A stretch of DNA of 63,968 bases, filler included, from Actinomycetota bacterium (GTDB taxonomy: Bacteria > Actinomycetota > Acidimicrobiia > IMCC26256 > VFJJ01), in assembly GCA_009886115.1 (NCBI GenBank). It is 4 parts of 4 records of this genome, joined end to end, with 100 filler letters (N's around TTAATTAATTAA, not from the genome) between each part and the next. Parts side by side here need not be neighbours in the genome. Positions count along the whole stretch, not along the records: positions 25,022 to 41,543 come from VFJJ01000102.1; 3 more parts are not named here. One strand, given 5' to 3'. The position numbers and the translations under genes are program-made. This document shows, piece after piece, positions 30,397 through 40,022 of the stretch. The notes under the pieces are model-generated. The model had not been told where the DNA came from. It was given only the letters and a program-made list of their open reading frames with translations, and did no database searches. Position 1 is the first letter of the stretch, and each line of letters starts with the position of its first letter.

Positions 30397-30915
30397 TCAT
30401 CCCACCGGATGGCGGGCCTTCGTCATGAGCTCGCGGACCACGTCGACCGCAGCGCTCACCTTGTCGAGCTGGCCTGCGACCTCGTCGGCCAGGCCAGCGA
30501 CGCCGCAGTTCCGGAGCATGTCGGGGAGGTGGTGCTCGACGCAGGCGAGGGAGAAGTCGATGGGATCGCCGACGGCCAGCTCGTCGATGCGCACCACGGT
30601 GTTCGCGCCGTCGGCCTGCTCGATGTAGTGGTAGTGCGGCTCGTTCTCGAAGCAGTCGAAGCGCAGGTGCTCGAGGCCGTCGACCGTGCCGCACACGTGG
30701 AGGGTGGCGCCGAAGTCGTCGAACGCCAGCTCTCCGGTCTCGGTCGCTCCGTGGTAGGTGTGGTCGAGGATCTCGTTCGTCAGCCTGCGGGATTCCACGA
30801 CGAGCTGGACAGCCCCGGCGTCGACGGGGATGCAATGCTCGACGACCATCGGGATGGGCAGCAGCTCGTAGCGGTTGCCTCGGCGGTACGGGGATTCCTG
30901 ACGGTCGATCGCCAA
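30397..30915 (-). CDS. Hypothetical protein downstream of the Rieske oxygenase
   Basis: Coding-like 172-aa ORF with LRFDCF..EPHYHY motif; AGGAG SD before TTG. Confidence 0.7.
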   Translation of the reverse strand: MAIDRQESPYRRGNRYELLPIPMVVEHCIPVDAGAVQLVVESRRLTNEILDHTYHGATETGELAFDDFGATLHVCGTVDGLEHLRFDCFENEPHYHYIEQADGANTVVRIDELAVGDPIDFSLACVEHHLPDMLRNCGVAGLADEVAGQLDKVSAAVDVVRELMTKARHPVG

Positions 30916-30967
30916 AGCTGCTCCTCTGCACGGGGGGACGATCGCGAACCGGGGGTCCGCGTCATGG

Positions 30968-32341
30968 CTACTGCTTCAGGTAGCGGTCGAGCTCGCGCTG
31001 CATGTTCAGCAGGTTCATCTCCTGGCGGCTGCTGAGGCGCAACACCCGGCAACCCCAGGAGTGCATGCCGGTCTGGACCTCGAGCATGTTCGCGAAGTCC
31101 TGCCTCGGGATCTCGCCCCACATCTCCGTGTCGTCGGAAGGGGCCGTCCGGCGTTCGAGCGGTGGCGCGTCGACCGTCGGCGGGAACAGGCGCAGCGCCC
31201 ACATGTCGAAGATGCACGAGTCGGGGTCGTCCCCGTTGGGCCGTACCCGGTACATGAGGCAGTTGGCCAGGTTCACGAGCATCACCAGGTTGGGGAACAC
31301 CGAGAAGACGCCGGTGCCCTGGCCCCGCTGCTCGGGCGTCAGCTCCGGGAAGCGGATGCCGGCCTGCTGGGCCCGCTCGCCCACCAACCGGGCGAACTCC
31401 GCCGCTGCCGACGATCCCTCCGGGATCTCCATGTGCCGCAAGTGCTCTGCGGCATCCATGTCGGCTTCGGAGTACAGGCCGCCGTGAAACGACCGACCCA
31501 AGTGCATCACCTGCTGGTAGAGGAGCTCGCGGTCGTCCCACGCACCGGGCGTGAGCCCGAAGCGCTTCGACGGTCCGGCGCCCCTGACGGTGACGTAGCG
31601 GGCGTGGCCGTTGGGGAACTGCTCGTAGCGCATGGCCGTGTCGTCGGACCACTGCAGGAGCTGCGGGTGTGTGCCGTAGTTGTGGTAGCCCTCGTGAAAG
31701 GCGTCGAGGGCTGCCTTCCAGTTCGCCGGCACCACCGTGGTGCGGTACCAGAGGAAGCGCATGTCGTCGAGGTGGTACGGGTCGAAGTACTGCTGCAGCG
31801 GCGACAGGTGCTCGTCGAGCGAGCGTGCGTCGGGGCCGGGGTCGGGGCCGGGGCAGATCCACACGAAGCCCCACCGGCGCTCGCAGCGGACCTCGCCGAG
31901 GCGCAGGCCCGGGCTGTCGAGCGAGGTGAGACCGAAATCGTCGGGATCGAGAACGAACGAGCACGAACCGTCGAGGTTCCACCGCCAGCCGTGGAAGGGA
32001 CAGGTGATCTGACCGTCGGCCAGCGCGCCGCAGCCCTGCGCCAGCCGGGTGCCCCGATGTCGACAGGAGTTGTAGTAGGCCCGGATCTCGTCGGGGGCCG
32101 ATCGCACCACGAGGATCGACTGGTCGGCGATGCGGTACTCGACGAAGTCGCCGACCGTGACCAACTCCTCCTCGCGACACGCCACCTGCCACGAACGCGG
32201 CCAGAGCCGGGCGCGCTCGAGCTCGGCGAAGGCCCGGGTGGTGTAACGCTCCTTCGGGATGAAGTCGACCCCGAGATCCCACGCCGGGTCCCATGCGGCG
32301 TCGACCGAGCGGTGGGAGTTGGCCGATTCGAGCTGCACCAT
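30968..32341 (-). CDS. Rieske aromatic ring-hydroxylating oxygenase alpha subunit
   Basis: CRHRG...CPFHGW Rieske motif; NWK..DAFHEGYH...TH iron site; QD near the C-terminus. Confidence 0.92.
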   Translation of the reverse strand: MVQLESANSHRSVDAAWDPAWDLGVDFIPKERYTTRAFAELERARLWPRSWQVACREEELVTVGDFVEYRIADQSILVVRSAPDEIRAYYNSCRHRGTRLAQGCGALADGQITCPFHGWRWNLDGSCSFVLDPDDFGLTSLDSPGLRLGEVRCERRWGFVWICPGPDPGPDARSLDEHLSPLQQYFDPYHLDDMRFLWYRTTVVPANWKAALDAFHEGYHNYGTHPQLLQWSDDTAMRYEQFPNGHARYVTVRGAGPSKRFGLTPGAWDDRELLYQQVMHLGRSFHGGLYSEADMDAAEHLRHMEIPEGSSAAAEFARLVGERAQQAGIRFPELTPEQRGQGTGVFSVFPNLVMLVNLANCLMYRVRPNGDDPDSCIFDMWALRLFPPTVDAPPLERRTAPSDDTEMWGEIPRQDFANMLEVQTGMHSWGCRVLRLSSRQEMNLLNMQRELDRYLKQ

Positions 32342-32539
32342 GATCCAGAGTACCCCCGCCGTCCGCCGGCCTCCGGCTGCCGCACCCGTTACCCGATCGC
32401 CCTCCAAAGTCCGGTCGCGTTCGGCCCACACCTGCGCTGCGGCAGGCGCTGTCACCGCTGGCGTGAGCAGCTCATGCTCGATCAAGAAGAACAAGGTCGA
32501 CGAGGTCGCGCACTCGGGAGTTCTCGCGGTCGCCGAAGT

Positions 32540-32700
32540 TGCGTGAGTTCGGGAGCTCGACACGATCGGTTGCCGTCAGCTCGTGCTGACGAGGTGAGAT
32601 GTCGAGTTGGATGCTGCCGAAGGTCGTGTCGGCCAGCTGCGCAACGACCCGCACCCGCCAGGTCACATCCCCGCGGCCGTCCTCGTTCAACGGCACCGGT
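32540..32700 (-). pseudogene. Fragment of an AbiEii-like nucleotidyltransferase
   Basis: WRVRVVAQLADTTFGSIQLDISPR..ELTATDRVELPNS resembles the middle of actinobacterial AbiEii proteins; N- and C-termini are missing. Confidence 0.4.
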
Positions 32701-32777
32701 ACGGCGGCGATCCGAAGCGGCCGGCGATCTCGACCGGCGTGCCGAGCGACGACAGCGGTGGTACCCGGAGCACGTCG

Positions 32778-32855
32778 AGGTCAGCACCCACAGCCAGCGG
32801 CGCCCTCGGCAGGATTCGAACCTGCGCACACGGCTTCGGAGGCCGATGCTCTATC
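32778..32855 (-). repeat. att site: duplicated 3' part of tRNA-Arg(CCG) plus downstream flank
   Basis: 78-bp direct repeat of 36462-36539 with one mismatch; lacks the tRNA 5' end. Confidence 0.92.
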
Positions 32856-32949
32856 GCTCTATATTCGCAGTTCAGCGTACCTGGATGAGCTGACTGTGGC
32901 ACACTGTTCCCGTGGTGTTCCCGAACGCTCCGACGAACTGGCCGCCCCC

Positions 32950-34242
32950 GTGAAGCCCTACAGCGAGGTCAGGGTCTGGGCGATCCAGGACCGGCGGGCC
33001 AACCCCCGATTCAAGCGTCCCTGGCTCGTGAGGTGGACGGTCGACGGCAAGGAGTTCAGCCGGAGCAACCGTACCCGGGCCGAAGCCGAGCGTCTGCGTG
33101 GCGTCCTGCTCGTTGCCATCTCGAAGGGTGAGCCGTTCGACGCGAGCACGGGTGAGCCTGTCAGTTGGCAGCCATCCGGCGACGACCTGGGTCTGCACGT
33201 CTGGGCGCGGTACTGGGTGGCCGAGCAGTGGGGGGAGTGGCAGCCTCGGACGAGGGCCTCGGCTGTGGAAGCGCTCGCGCGCTTCGTCCCGATCGTCGTC
33301 CGCTCGAACGCCGCCGAGCCGCCGGGTTCGATCCGCAGGTATCTCCAGACCTCGCTCACGTCCGGCTTCGCCGTGGACCGTGCTGATGAGCGCGAGTTGT
33401 GGCTCGACCGGGCCTGTCTCCGGCTCGCCGAGCTCGACCGGCGGGTGCTCGCTGACGTCGACCTGAGGCTCGGTATCGGTGACTCCGGTCAGCTGTTGGC
33501 GTCGTCGACAGCCGGGCGGTTGCGGAAGGTGGCCAAGGCGTGTATCCGACGGGCCGTGGAGCTCGACATCCTGCCGGTCGATCCGTGGCCGGCTCCCACC
33601 CGGGGACGCAACCAGCGCAAGGCGGTACGACCGAAGCGGTCGGTCGACATCCGAGCGCTGCCATTGCCCGAGACCATGGCCAGCGCGATCGATGCGATCG
33701 TGACGCACCAGCCGGGGAGCAGGATCTACCGCGTCATGACTGCGGTCGCCTACTACGGGGGCCTGCGCCCGTCGGAGGTCGTGATGCTGCGACCCCGGGC
33801 TCTCACGCTGCCGACCGAGGGCTGGGGGCGCATCGAGGTCGTGGAGGCCGACGTGTCTCACGATGAACCGGGTGAGCCCAAGACGGGCCCTCGATCGGTG
33901 CCGATTCCACCGGTGCTGTGCTCCATCCTCCGTGATTGGCTTGTCGCGAACGACTTCGGGCCAGCGGGTCTGATCTTCCGCACCCGTAACGACAAGCGGC
34001 CGACTGCTTCCAACTGGACACGGGCGTGGCATCGAGCACTCCGGTCGATCGGCCACCAACCACTGCGTGTATACGACTGCCGCCATGCGGCGGCAACGAC
34101 CTGGCTGCAGGCCGGTGTTCCCTTGGGGGAGGTGGCTCGGAGGATGGGCCACAGCGTCGACACGCTGGTGTCGACCTACGTGGGTTCGCTCGACGGCGAC
34201 GAGGAGCTCGGCAACGCCCGTATCGATGCGGCGCTGGGCTGA
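32950..34242 (+). CDS. Tyrosine recombinase/integrase
   Basis: GLRPSE, PKTG, YDCRH, MGH and TY catalytic motifs; start re-assigned to GTG 32950, inside the att. Confidence 0.88.
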   Translation: MKPYSEVRVWAIQDRRANPRFKRPWLVRWTVDGKEFSRSNRTRAEAERLRGVLLVAISKGEPFDASTGEPVSWQPSGDDLGLHVWARYWVAEQWGEWQPRTRASAVEALARFVPIVVRSNAAEPPGSIRRYLQTSLTSGFAVDRADERELWLDRACLRLAELDRRVLADVDLRLGIGDSGQLLASSTAGRLRKVAKACIRRAVELDILPVDPWPAPTRGRNQRKAVRPKRSVDIRALPLPETMASAIDAIVTHQPGSRIYRVMTAVAYYGGLRPSEVVMLRPRALTLPTEGWGRIEVVEADVSHDEPGEPKTGPRSVPIPPVLCSILRDWLVANDFGPAGLIFRTRNDKRPTASNWTRAWHRALRSIGHQPLRVYDCRHAAATTWLQAGVPLGEVARRMGHSVDTLVSTYVGSLDGDEELGNARIDAALG

Positions 34243-34244
34243 CA

Positions 34245-34775
34245 ATGTGGGCCTTCAGTGACGAGAGCGAGCGAGCCGACCGGATGCTGCTCGGCGTGCT
34301 GTTCGTCGAAACGCAGGCTGTGAGCGGCGCCCGCCGCTCGCTGAGAGGTCTGCTCCTTCCGGGTCAGCGACGCGTGCACACGGCCAAGGAGTCGCCGCGT
34401 CGGCGGTTGGAAGTGCTCGGCCTGGTCGCCCGGCTCGAGGCCGAGTCGGTCGTCTTCGTCGTGCGCCGCCCCAGCGGCGTCCGCCGGGTCGATGCCCGGG
34501 GAAGCCTGCTGCGGGCCGCGGCTGCAGAGGTCATGGAGCGACGTGCCGTGGCGTGGCTGCTCGACCGTCAGGACCCGGCCCAGGCGGCCAGGGACCGTCA
34601 GGTCATCGATCGGGCGATCCATGCCCATCCGAGCCCGGTCGTGTACGACCATCGAACCTCGGAAGGCGAGCCGTTGCTGTGGGCGGTCGACGCTCTCGTC
34701 TGGGCCGCGGGGGCCGGCGGCGAGTGGCGCCGGCGGATCTCCGCTGTCGTCGAGGTGCGTGCTGTTCAGCCCTGA
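34245..34775 (+). CDS. DUF3800-like RNase H-fold protein
   Basis: N-terminal AFSDES, LLLPGQRRVH.KES and C-terminal EPLLWAVDALVW..G.GGEWRRR; family assignment recalled from motifs. Confidence 0.6.
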   Translation: MWAFSDESERADRMLLGVLFVETQAVSGARRSLRGLLLPGQRRVHTAKESPRRRLEVLGLVARLEAESVVFVVRRPSGVRRVDARGSLLRAAAAEVMERRAVAWLLDRQDPAQAARDRQVIDRAIHAHPSPVVYDHRTSEGEPLLWAVDALVWAAGAGGEWRRRISAVVEVRAVQP

Positions 34776-34789
34776 CGCGTCAGCCCTGA

Positions 34790-34862
34790 CGCGCAACACC
34801 CGGCTGCTCACCGTCCGGAGAGCTCGCCGGGTGCACTTCCCGCAGCTACTGCCGCGGGCACA
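34790..34862 (+). ncRNA. Predicted structured RNA directly 3' of the DUF3800-like gene
   Basis: Stem CACCCGGC/GCCGGGTG with inner GCTC/GAGC; second hairpin CCCGC/GCGGG; loop GGA could pair with the TCC after stem 1. Confidence 0.5.
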
Positions 34863-35384
34863 TCCATGATGCGCCGCCGAGCACCCGGGCGCAACCCGTT
34901 TTTCACCCACGAGTACGATGGTCTGCTCGCCCACGCACGATGATTGTCGTCGGCTTGGTGGGAGACCACCGGGCGGGCTCGACAGGTCATCCATTCCTCC
35001 CGAGCCGACACGCGCGACGGGACGCTGCTGCTCGTTTCGACCTCGTGTGTCGGTGCCGCGTCAGGGTCGGTCCGGTTGCGCCCTGCGCAACCGGCAAGTC
35101 TGTGCCTTATCCGGGATCCCAGATGATGTGCCATCTCCGAGGGCGTGGTTCTCGACGCTCGATGGGGACGGCGATGCTCGACAGGAGGTGCCTGTCAGCT
35201 GGGCGCGCCACCGTCGGGCCGATCGGCACTGGGCTCGCGACGACTGCGTACCCGCGGGGGCGCAAGCAGCAGCCAGCTTCCTCACCGTGACTGTCAACGC
35301 GCTGGACCCGGCGCCGCGGTGGCCGACGGTACCGTTGATGTTGGCGACGACCTGCACGACCGCCTGGAGTTTCTGATCGATGGA

Positions 35385-35750
35385 TGAGCCGGCCGCGCTG
35401 ATCGAGGTGGTCTTCCAGCTCGGCGTGGCTCAACGACGCCGCCTCCGTGCCCTCCAACCAGGCGAGCAGATCCTCGAACGACTCTCGAGACACGCCGAAC
35501 GCGTCGCCTGGCGCGCTCATCGACGCCCGCCTTCGATCCCCGAGACTCCCTGGTGGCGGCTGCGCAGCTTGACCAGGCCCGCATGGGCGGCGGTTTCGAG
35601 CTCCGCTCGGGCCGCTTCGTAGGCCGCCAGCGCCGCGGTCACCTCGGCCACCTCGCTGGCCGCCAGGGTGATGGTCTTGGTCCGCCCCGACTCGGTGAAG
35701 GTCAACGCCGGGCTCTCGTGGGGTTCGCCGGTCGCGCAGCGGCAAGCCCT
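35385..35750 (-). pseudogene. IS remnant: DUF6788-like gene fragment plus N-terminus of an ISKra4-like transposase
   Basis: CRCATGEPHESPALTF..GRTKT...; overlapping ATGA start of MSAPGDAFGVSRESFEDLLAWL..LSHAELEDHLDQRGR, then truncated. Confidence 0.5.
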
Positions 35751-35946
35751 GGACGGCAGCGGACGCACGCCGCTGCTCTGCGCCGCTCACTGTGGGAACG
35801 CACTGTCGTTCGCGCGGCTCATGGAGCGCGGTGCGAACCTTGCGGCGACTGACTCCGCTGGCCTCGGCGCGGAGGCCCTCATCGACGATCGCGATAGCGA
35901 AGCGAGCGAGATCCGTGCGCTGATCGCCAGAAGCCGATCGGGCTGA
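35744..35946 (+). pseudogene. C-terminal ankyrin-repeat fragment
   Basis: DGSGRTPLLCAAHCGN..LMERGANL..TD..G ankyrin consensus; 5' end abuts the IS remnant. Confidence 0.55.
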
Positions 35947-36484
35947 AGATCGCCGTCAACCGCTCATCTGAACGGCTTGCTCGTGGACGAAGCCGATCGG
36001 ACAAATCGAGAGCTACGCACCGGCGGACAAGCGCTGGATCCTTCGACTGCAGTTCGACGTCACAGCGTCTGGGGAGATGCCCCACCAGCCCGGGATCCAG
36101 TGAGGAACCGTGATCGTTCTCGCCCGCAACTCGGCGTCGAAGTGCCGCCAGGCGCTCCACGGGAGCTCCCGTAGGGTCGCGGCGCCCCGATCGAGGTCGG
36201 CCACGACACCGGACAGGACAATCGGGCCTGATCCGTCTTCGGTCTCCTCGCGCCGATGCCACAACCGCACGCTTGCAGTCTTGTTGCTCGCTTGTTGCTC
36301 GACGACGCATCGCCGGCCACGGATCGCAGCCGGCGTTGGTGTTGGGCGCAGGTTTACGACCCGAAGTTGTTCCCGTTCTGTTCCCGAAAACAGCCGGCAA
36401 TCGCCGAGAATGGCGGCTCGTGGCGGTCAACCAGTCAACGTACTGACCAGCACATAGAGCCAGGTCAGCATCCACAGCCAGCGG

Positions 36485-36556
36485 CGCCCTCGGCAGGATT
36501 CGAACCTGCGCACACGGCTTCGGAGGCCGATGCTCTATCCCCTGAGCTACGAGGGC
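36485..36556 (-). tRNA. tRNA-Arg(CCG)
   Basis: Acceptor stem GCCCTCG/CGAGGGC; anticodon loop CTCCGAA; T-arm GCAGG-TTCGAAT-CCTGC. Confidence 0.95.
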
Positions 36557-36635
36557 GGGATCAAGCCGGGCGATGCTACCAACTGGCCCGGCAGTCGCCG
36601 GAAGAGCTCCTGGGCCGAGGGATCGGCTCGCCCGG

Positions 36636-37634
36636 CTACGGGGCGAGTCCGCGGGCTTCGCGGCCGGCGAGCTCGATGTCGGCCTCGACCATGATGCGAG
36701 CCAGCTCGCGCCAGCGCACGGTGGGCTCCCAGTCGAGCAGCTTCTTGGCCTTGGCGGCGTCGCCGATGAGGTCGGGGACCTCGGCCGGGCGCTCGTAGCG
36801 CGGATCGGTCTTCACGTACTCCTGCCAGTCGAGACCGACCGCGGCGAACGACACCTCACAGAAGTCGCGCACCGACGCGGTGTCGCCCGTGGCCACGACG
36901 TAGTCGGCGGGCTCGTCGTGCTGGAGCATGCGCCACATGGCCTCGACGTACTCAGGAGCGTATCCCCAGTCGCGCCGGGCGGCGACGTTGCCGAGCACGA
37001 GCTCGTGTTGGAGACCCAGGTGGATGCGGGCCACGGCGCGGGTGATCTTGCGGGTCACGAAGTTCTCGCCCCGGCGGGGGCTCTCGTGGTTGAAGAGGAT
37101 GCCGTTGCAGGTGAACATCCCGTAGGACTCGCGGTAGTTCACCGTCGTGTAGTAGGCGTAGAGCTTGGCGCACGCGTACGGGCTGCGAGGATGGAACGGT
37201 GTCTCCTCGTGCTGGGGCGGCGGCGTCGAGCCGAACATCTCCGACGACGACGCCTGGTAGAACCGGGAGTCGACCCCCGAGGCGTGGATGGCCTCGAGCA
37301 GCTTCACCGTGCCGAGCCCGGTGACCTGACCGGTGTAGTCGGGGATGTCGAACGAGACCGCTACGTGGCTCTGGGCGCCGAGGTTGTAGATCTCGTCGGG
37401 CTGCACGTCACGAACGAGGTTCACGAGCCCCACCGCATCGGCCAGGTCTCCGTAGTGCAGATGGAGGCCGCCGCCAGCGCCGGGGGCGGATTGGGGCAGG
37501 TGGTCGATGCGTTGACGGTTGAGGCTGGCCGAGCGGCGGACGATGCCGTGAACCTCGTAGCCCTTGTCGAGCAGCAACTCGGCCAGGTACGACCCGTCCT
37601 GGCCGGAGATCCCGGTGATGAGCGCTCGTTTCAG
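36636..37634 (-). CDS. gmd: GDP-mannose 4,6-dehydratase (probable CTG start)
   Basis: [36 protein letters not shown] and FNHESPRRG motifs; GGAGG 7 nt before CTG. Confidence 0.93.
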   Translation of the reverse strand: MKRALITGISGQDGSYLAELLLDKGYEVHGIVRRSASLNRQRIDHLPQSAPGAGGGLHLHYGDLADAVGLVNLVRDVQPDEIYNLGAQSHVAVSFDIPDYTGQVTGLGTVKLLEAIHASGVDSRFYQASSSEMFGSTPPPQHEETPFHPRSPYACAKLYAYYTTVNYRESYGMFTCNGILFNHESPRRGENFVTRKITRAVARIHLGLQHELVLGNVAARRDWGYAPEYVEAMWRMLQHDEPADYVVATGDTASVRDFCEVSFAAVGLDWQEYVKTDPRYERPAEVPDLIGDAAKAKKLLDWEPTVRWRELARIMVEADIELAGREARGLAP

Positions 37635-37771
37635 GGGTCGTCCTCCCGGTGGGACGCGTCGACCTGCGGCCGAGACGTGTGACCGTCAGCGATGAGTGTG
37701 CCGTCATCGTACGCAACCGTCATGGCGAGATCGGTCTTGGGCCTGTCGGCAGCAGCGGTACCGTTCAGGTG

Positions 37772-38290
37772 ATGCCCGTCCGGACCGTCGTCGATCGCCT
37801 CGTGCTCGTTGCTGCCATGGGCTGGACGGTCGCCGTGTGCGTCTTGTCGCTCACCCCCAGCGATCCGAGCGACGCCATCGTGGGCTGGGACAAGGCCCGC
37901 CACGGCGGCGCCTACGCAGGGCTCACGGTGCTCTGGCTCGCCGCCGGCAGGCTCGTTCCCCGGCCGGATGGCAGTCAGCCCGGGCCGGGGTCGCGCACCA
38001 CACTCGCGCGCGCCGTCGCCGCCGCCCTGGCTGTGATCGCGCTCGGGATCATGCTCGAGGTGCTGCAGGCGACCGTCGCCAACCGATCGGGCGATGCTCT
38101 CGATGCTGTGGCCGACGCTGCCGGTGCGGTGGCAGGACTGGGCGCCTGGCTGCTCGTCGGGGATTTCGTCACCCGAAGTGGCGCAAGGGCGCGGCTACGC
38201 TCGCCCGACCGGACGCAGTCCGCTGCCTCCTCGCCCTCGCCGAACCCGCCCTCGCCGTCCCCGTCCCCACCTTCCCCGTCACCTCACTGA
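37772..38290 (+). CDS. VanZ-family membrane protein
   Basis: SLTP..WDKARH..AY, EVLQ..V.NRSG..D..AD..G motifs. Confidence 0.8.
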   Translation: MPVRTVVDRLVLVAAMGWTVAVCVLSLTPSDPSDAIVGWDKARHGGAYAGLTVLWLAAGRLVPRPDGSQPGPGSRTTLARAVAAALAVIALGIMLEVLQATVANRSGDALDAVADAAGAVAGLGAWLLVGDFVTRSGARARLRSPDRTQSAASSPSPNPPSPSPSPPSPSPH

Positions 38291-38300
38291 TCGAGCGTTC

Positions 38301-40022
38301 GTGATCCGCGACCACCTCCTCGACGCGCTGCGTGGCGCGCTTGTTGCCGCCGACCTGCCCGAGCCCCCTGGCGGGCTCGAGATCGACGCGACCCGTCAAC
38401 GGGAGCACGGCGACTTCCAGACCAACGCAGCGCTGAAGCTGGCCAAGGCCGTCGGCCGTCCGCCGCGCGACATCGCTGCCGCACTGGTGTCGACTCTCGA
38501 CGAGAAGCTCCCTCGCCACGTCGCTCGTCTCGAGGTCGCCGGTCCCGGCTTCGTGAACTTCCACCTCGAACCGTCGTGGCTGCACGAGGTGCTCGTCGAC
38601 GTGGTGGTCGCAGGTGACGAGTACGGCCACTCGGCCGCGCTCGACGGGCTGCGGGTCAACCTCGAGTTCGTCTCGGCCAACCCCACCGGCCCGCTGCACG
38701 CCGGAGGTGCTCGTTGGGCCGCCGTCGGTGACGCGCTGGCGAATCTCCTGTCGTCCCAAGGGGCGCAGGTTCATCGCGAGTACTATGTGAATGACGCCGG
38801 GGCCCAGCTCGATCGGTTCGCCGAGTCGCTGCACGCCCGGTTCAAGAAGCAGAAGCTGCCCGAGGACGGCTACCGGGGTGCGTACGTGCTCGACATGGCT
38901 CGCCGGATGCGGGCTGAGCTGGGGAACGGCCTCGACCTCGAGCAGGCCCGCGAGTGGGGCCACGCCGACATCATGCGGCAGCTTCACGACGACCTCGGCC
39001 GCATCGGCGTGCACTTCGACACCTGGTTCTCGGAGCGCTCCCTGCACGAGCGGGGCGACGTCGACGCGGTGATCGCCCGGTTCCTTGCGTCGGGCCGGGC
39101 GTTCGAGACGGACGGCGCCGTCTGGCTGCGCACGTCGGAGATGGGCGAGGAGCGCGACCGCGTGCTGCGCCGCTCGGACGGCACACCCACCTACCTTGCG
39201 GCCGACGTGGCCTACCACCTCGACAAGCTGGCCCGGGGCCACGCGCACCTCATCGACATCTGGGGAGCCGATCACCAGGGCCAGGTGCGCTCGCTCCAGC
39301 TGGCGATGGAGATGGCGACCGGACGGTCACAGACGCCCGAGGTCGTGCTGGGCCAGTTCGTCACGCTCGTGCGCCACGGCCGCGAGGTGAGGATCTCCAA
39401 GCGGACGGGCAACGTGATCACCTTGGCCGACATCCTCGACGAGGTCGATGCCGACGTCGCCCGGCTCACGTTCCTCCTCCAGAGCATCGACACCAAGCAG
39501 ATCTTCGACATCGACGTCGTGACCGCGCAGTCGATGGAGAACCCCGTCTATTACGTGCAGTACGCCCACGCCCGGATCGCATCCATCGGCCGCCGGGCCG
39601 CCGAGCGCAGCCTGGCCCGCCGACCGCTCGGCGAGGTCGATCTGTCGTTGCTCGTGCACGAGCGCGAGCTCGACTTGCTGCGCACGCTGTTCGCCTACCC
39701 CGACGTACTCGCCGACGCCGCCGAGGCCCGTGCCCCGCACCGGGTCACCACCTGGGTGCGCGAGCTCGCCGGGCGTTTCCACGGCTTCTACCACGACTGC
39801 CGCGTGATGCTCGACGACGATCCGGCGCTCACCCAATCTCGCCTGTGGCTGGCCGAGGCGTGCCGGCTGGGCTTCGCCAACGCGCTGGCCATCCTCGGCG
39901 TCAGCGCCCCCGAAACCATGTCTCGCCTGGATGAGACCGACGATACCGATGACGCCGACGGCTCTCCCGACGAGGCTTCCGACGGCCGGTCCCACGACGA
40001 TTCCGGAGCTGATCGCGCATGA
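38301..40022 (+). CDS. argS: Arginine--tRNA ligase
   Basis: HGDFQTN, EFVSANPTGPLH, ISKRTG and NPVYYVQYAHAR motifs. Confidence 0.96.
   Translation: MIRDHLLDALRGALVAADLPEPPGGLEIDATRQREHGDFQTNAALKLAKAVGRPPRDIAAALVSTLDEKLPRHVARLEVAGPGFVNFHLEPSWLHEVLVDVVVAGDEYGHSAALDGLRVNLEFVSANPTGPLHAGGARWAAVGDALANLLSSQGAQVHREYYVNDAGAQLDRFAESLHARFKKQKLPEDGYRGAYVLDMARRMRAELGNGLDLEQAREWGHADIMRQLHDDLGRIGVHFDTWFSERSLHERGDVDAVIARFLASGRAFETDGAVWLRTSEMGEERDRVLRRSDGTPTYLAADVAYHLDKLARGHAHLIDIWGADHQGQVRSLQLAMEMATGRSQTPEVVLGQFVTLVRHGREVRISKRTGNVITLADILDEVDADVARLTFLLQSIDTKQIFDIDVVTAQSMENPVYYVQYAHARIASIGRRAAERSLARRPLGEVDLSLLVHERELDLLRTLFAYPDVLADAAEARAPHRVTTWVRELAGRFHGFYHDCRVMLDDDPALTQSRLWLAEACRLGFANALAILGVSAPETMSRLDETDDTDDADGSPDEASDGRSHDDSGADRA

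Larger units (their letters stand above)
32778..36539. mobile_element. ~3.6 kb integrative mini-island at tRNA-Arg(CCG)
   Basis: Flanking att repeats, an integrase, and TGTTCCCGTnnTGTTCCCGAA arm-like sites at 32905-32925 and 36368-36388. Confidence 0.88.

Noticed and set aside
32801..32855. Second tRNA-Arg gene
   Set aside because: Lacks the 5' acceptor strand and most of the D-arm; it is an att duplication.
36013..36270. 85-aa ORF inside the tRNA-Arg island
   Set aside because: No family recognised; may be a real small gene or debris.
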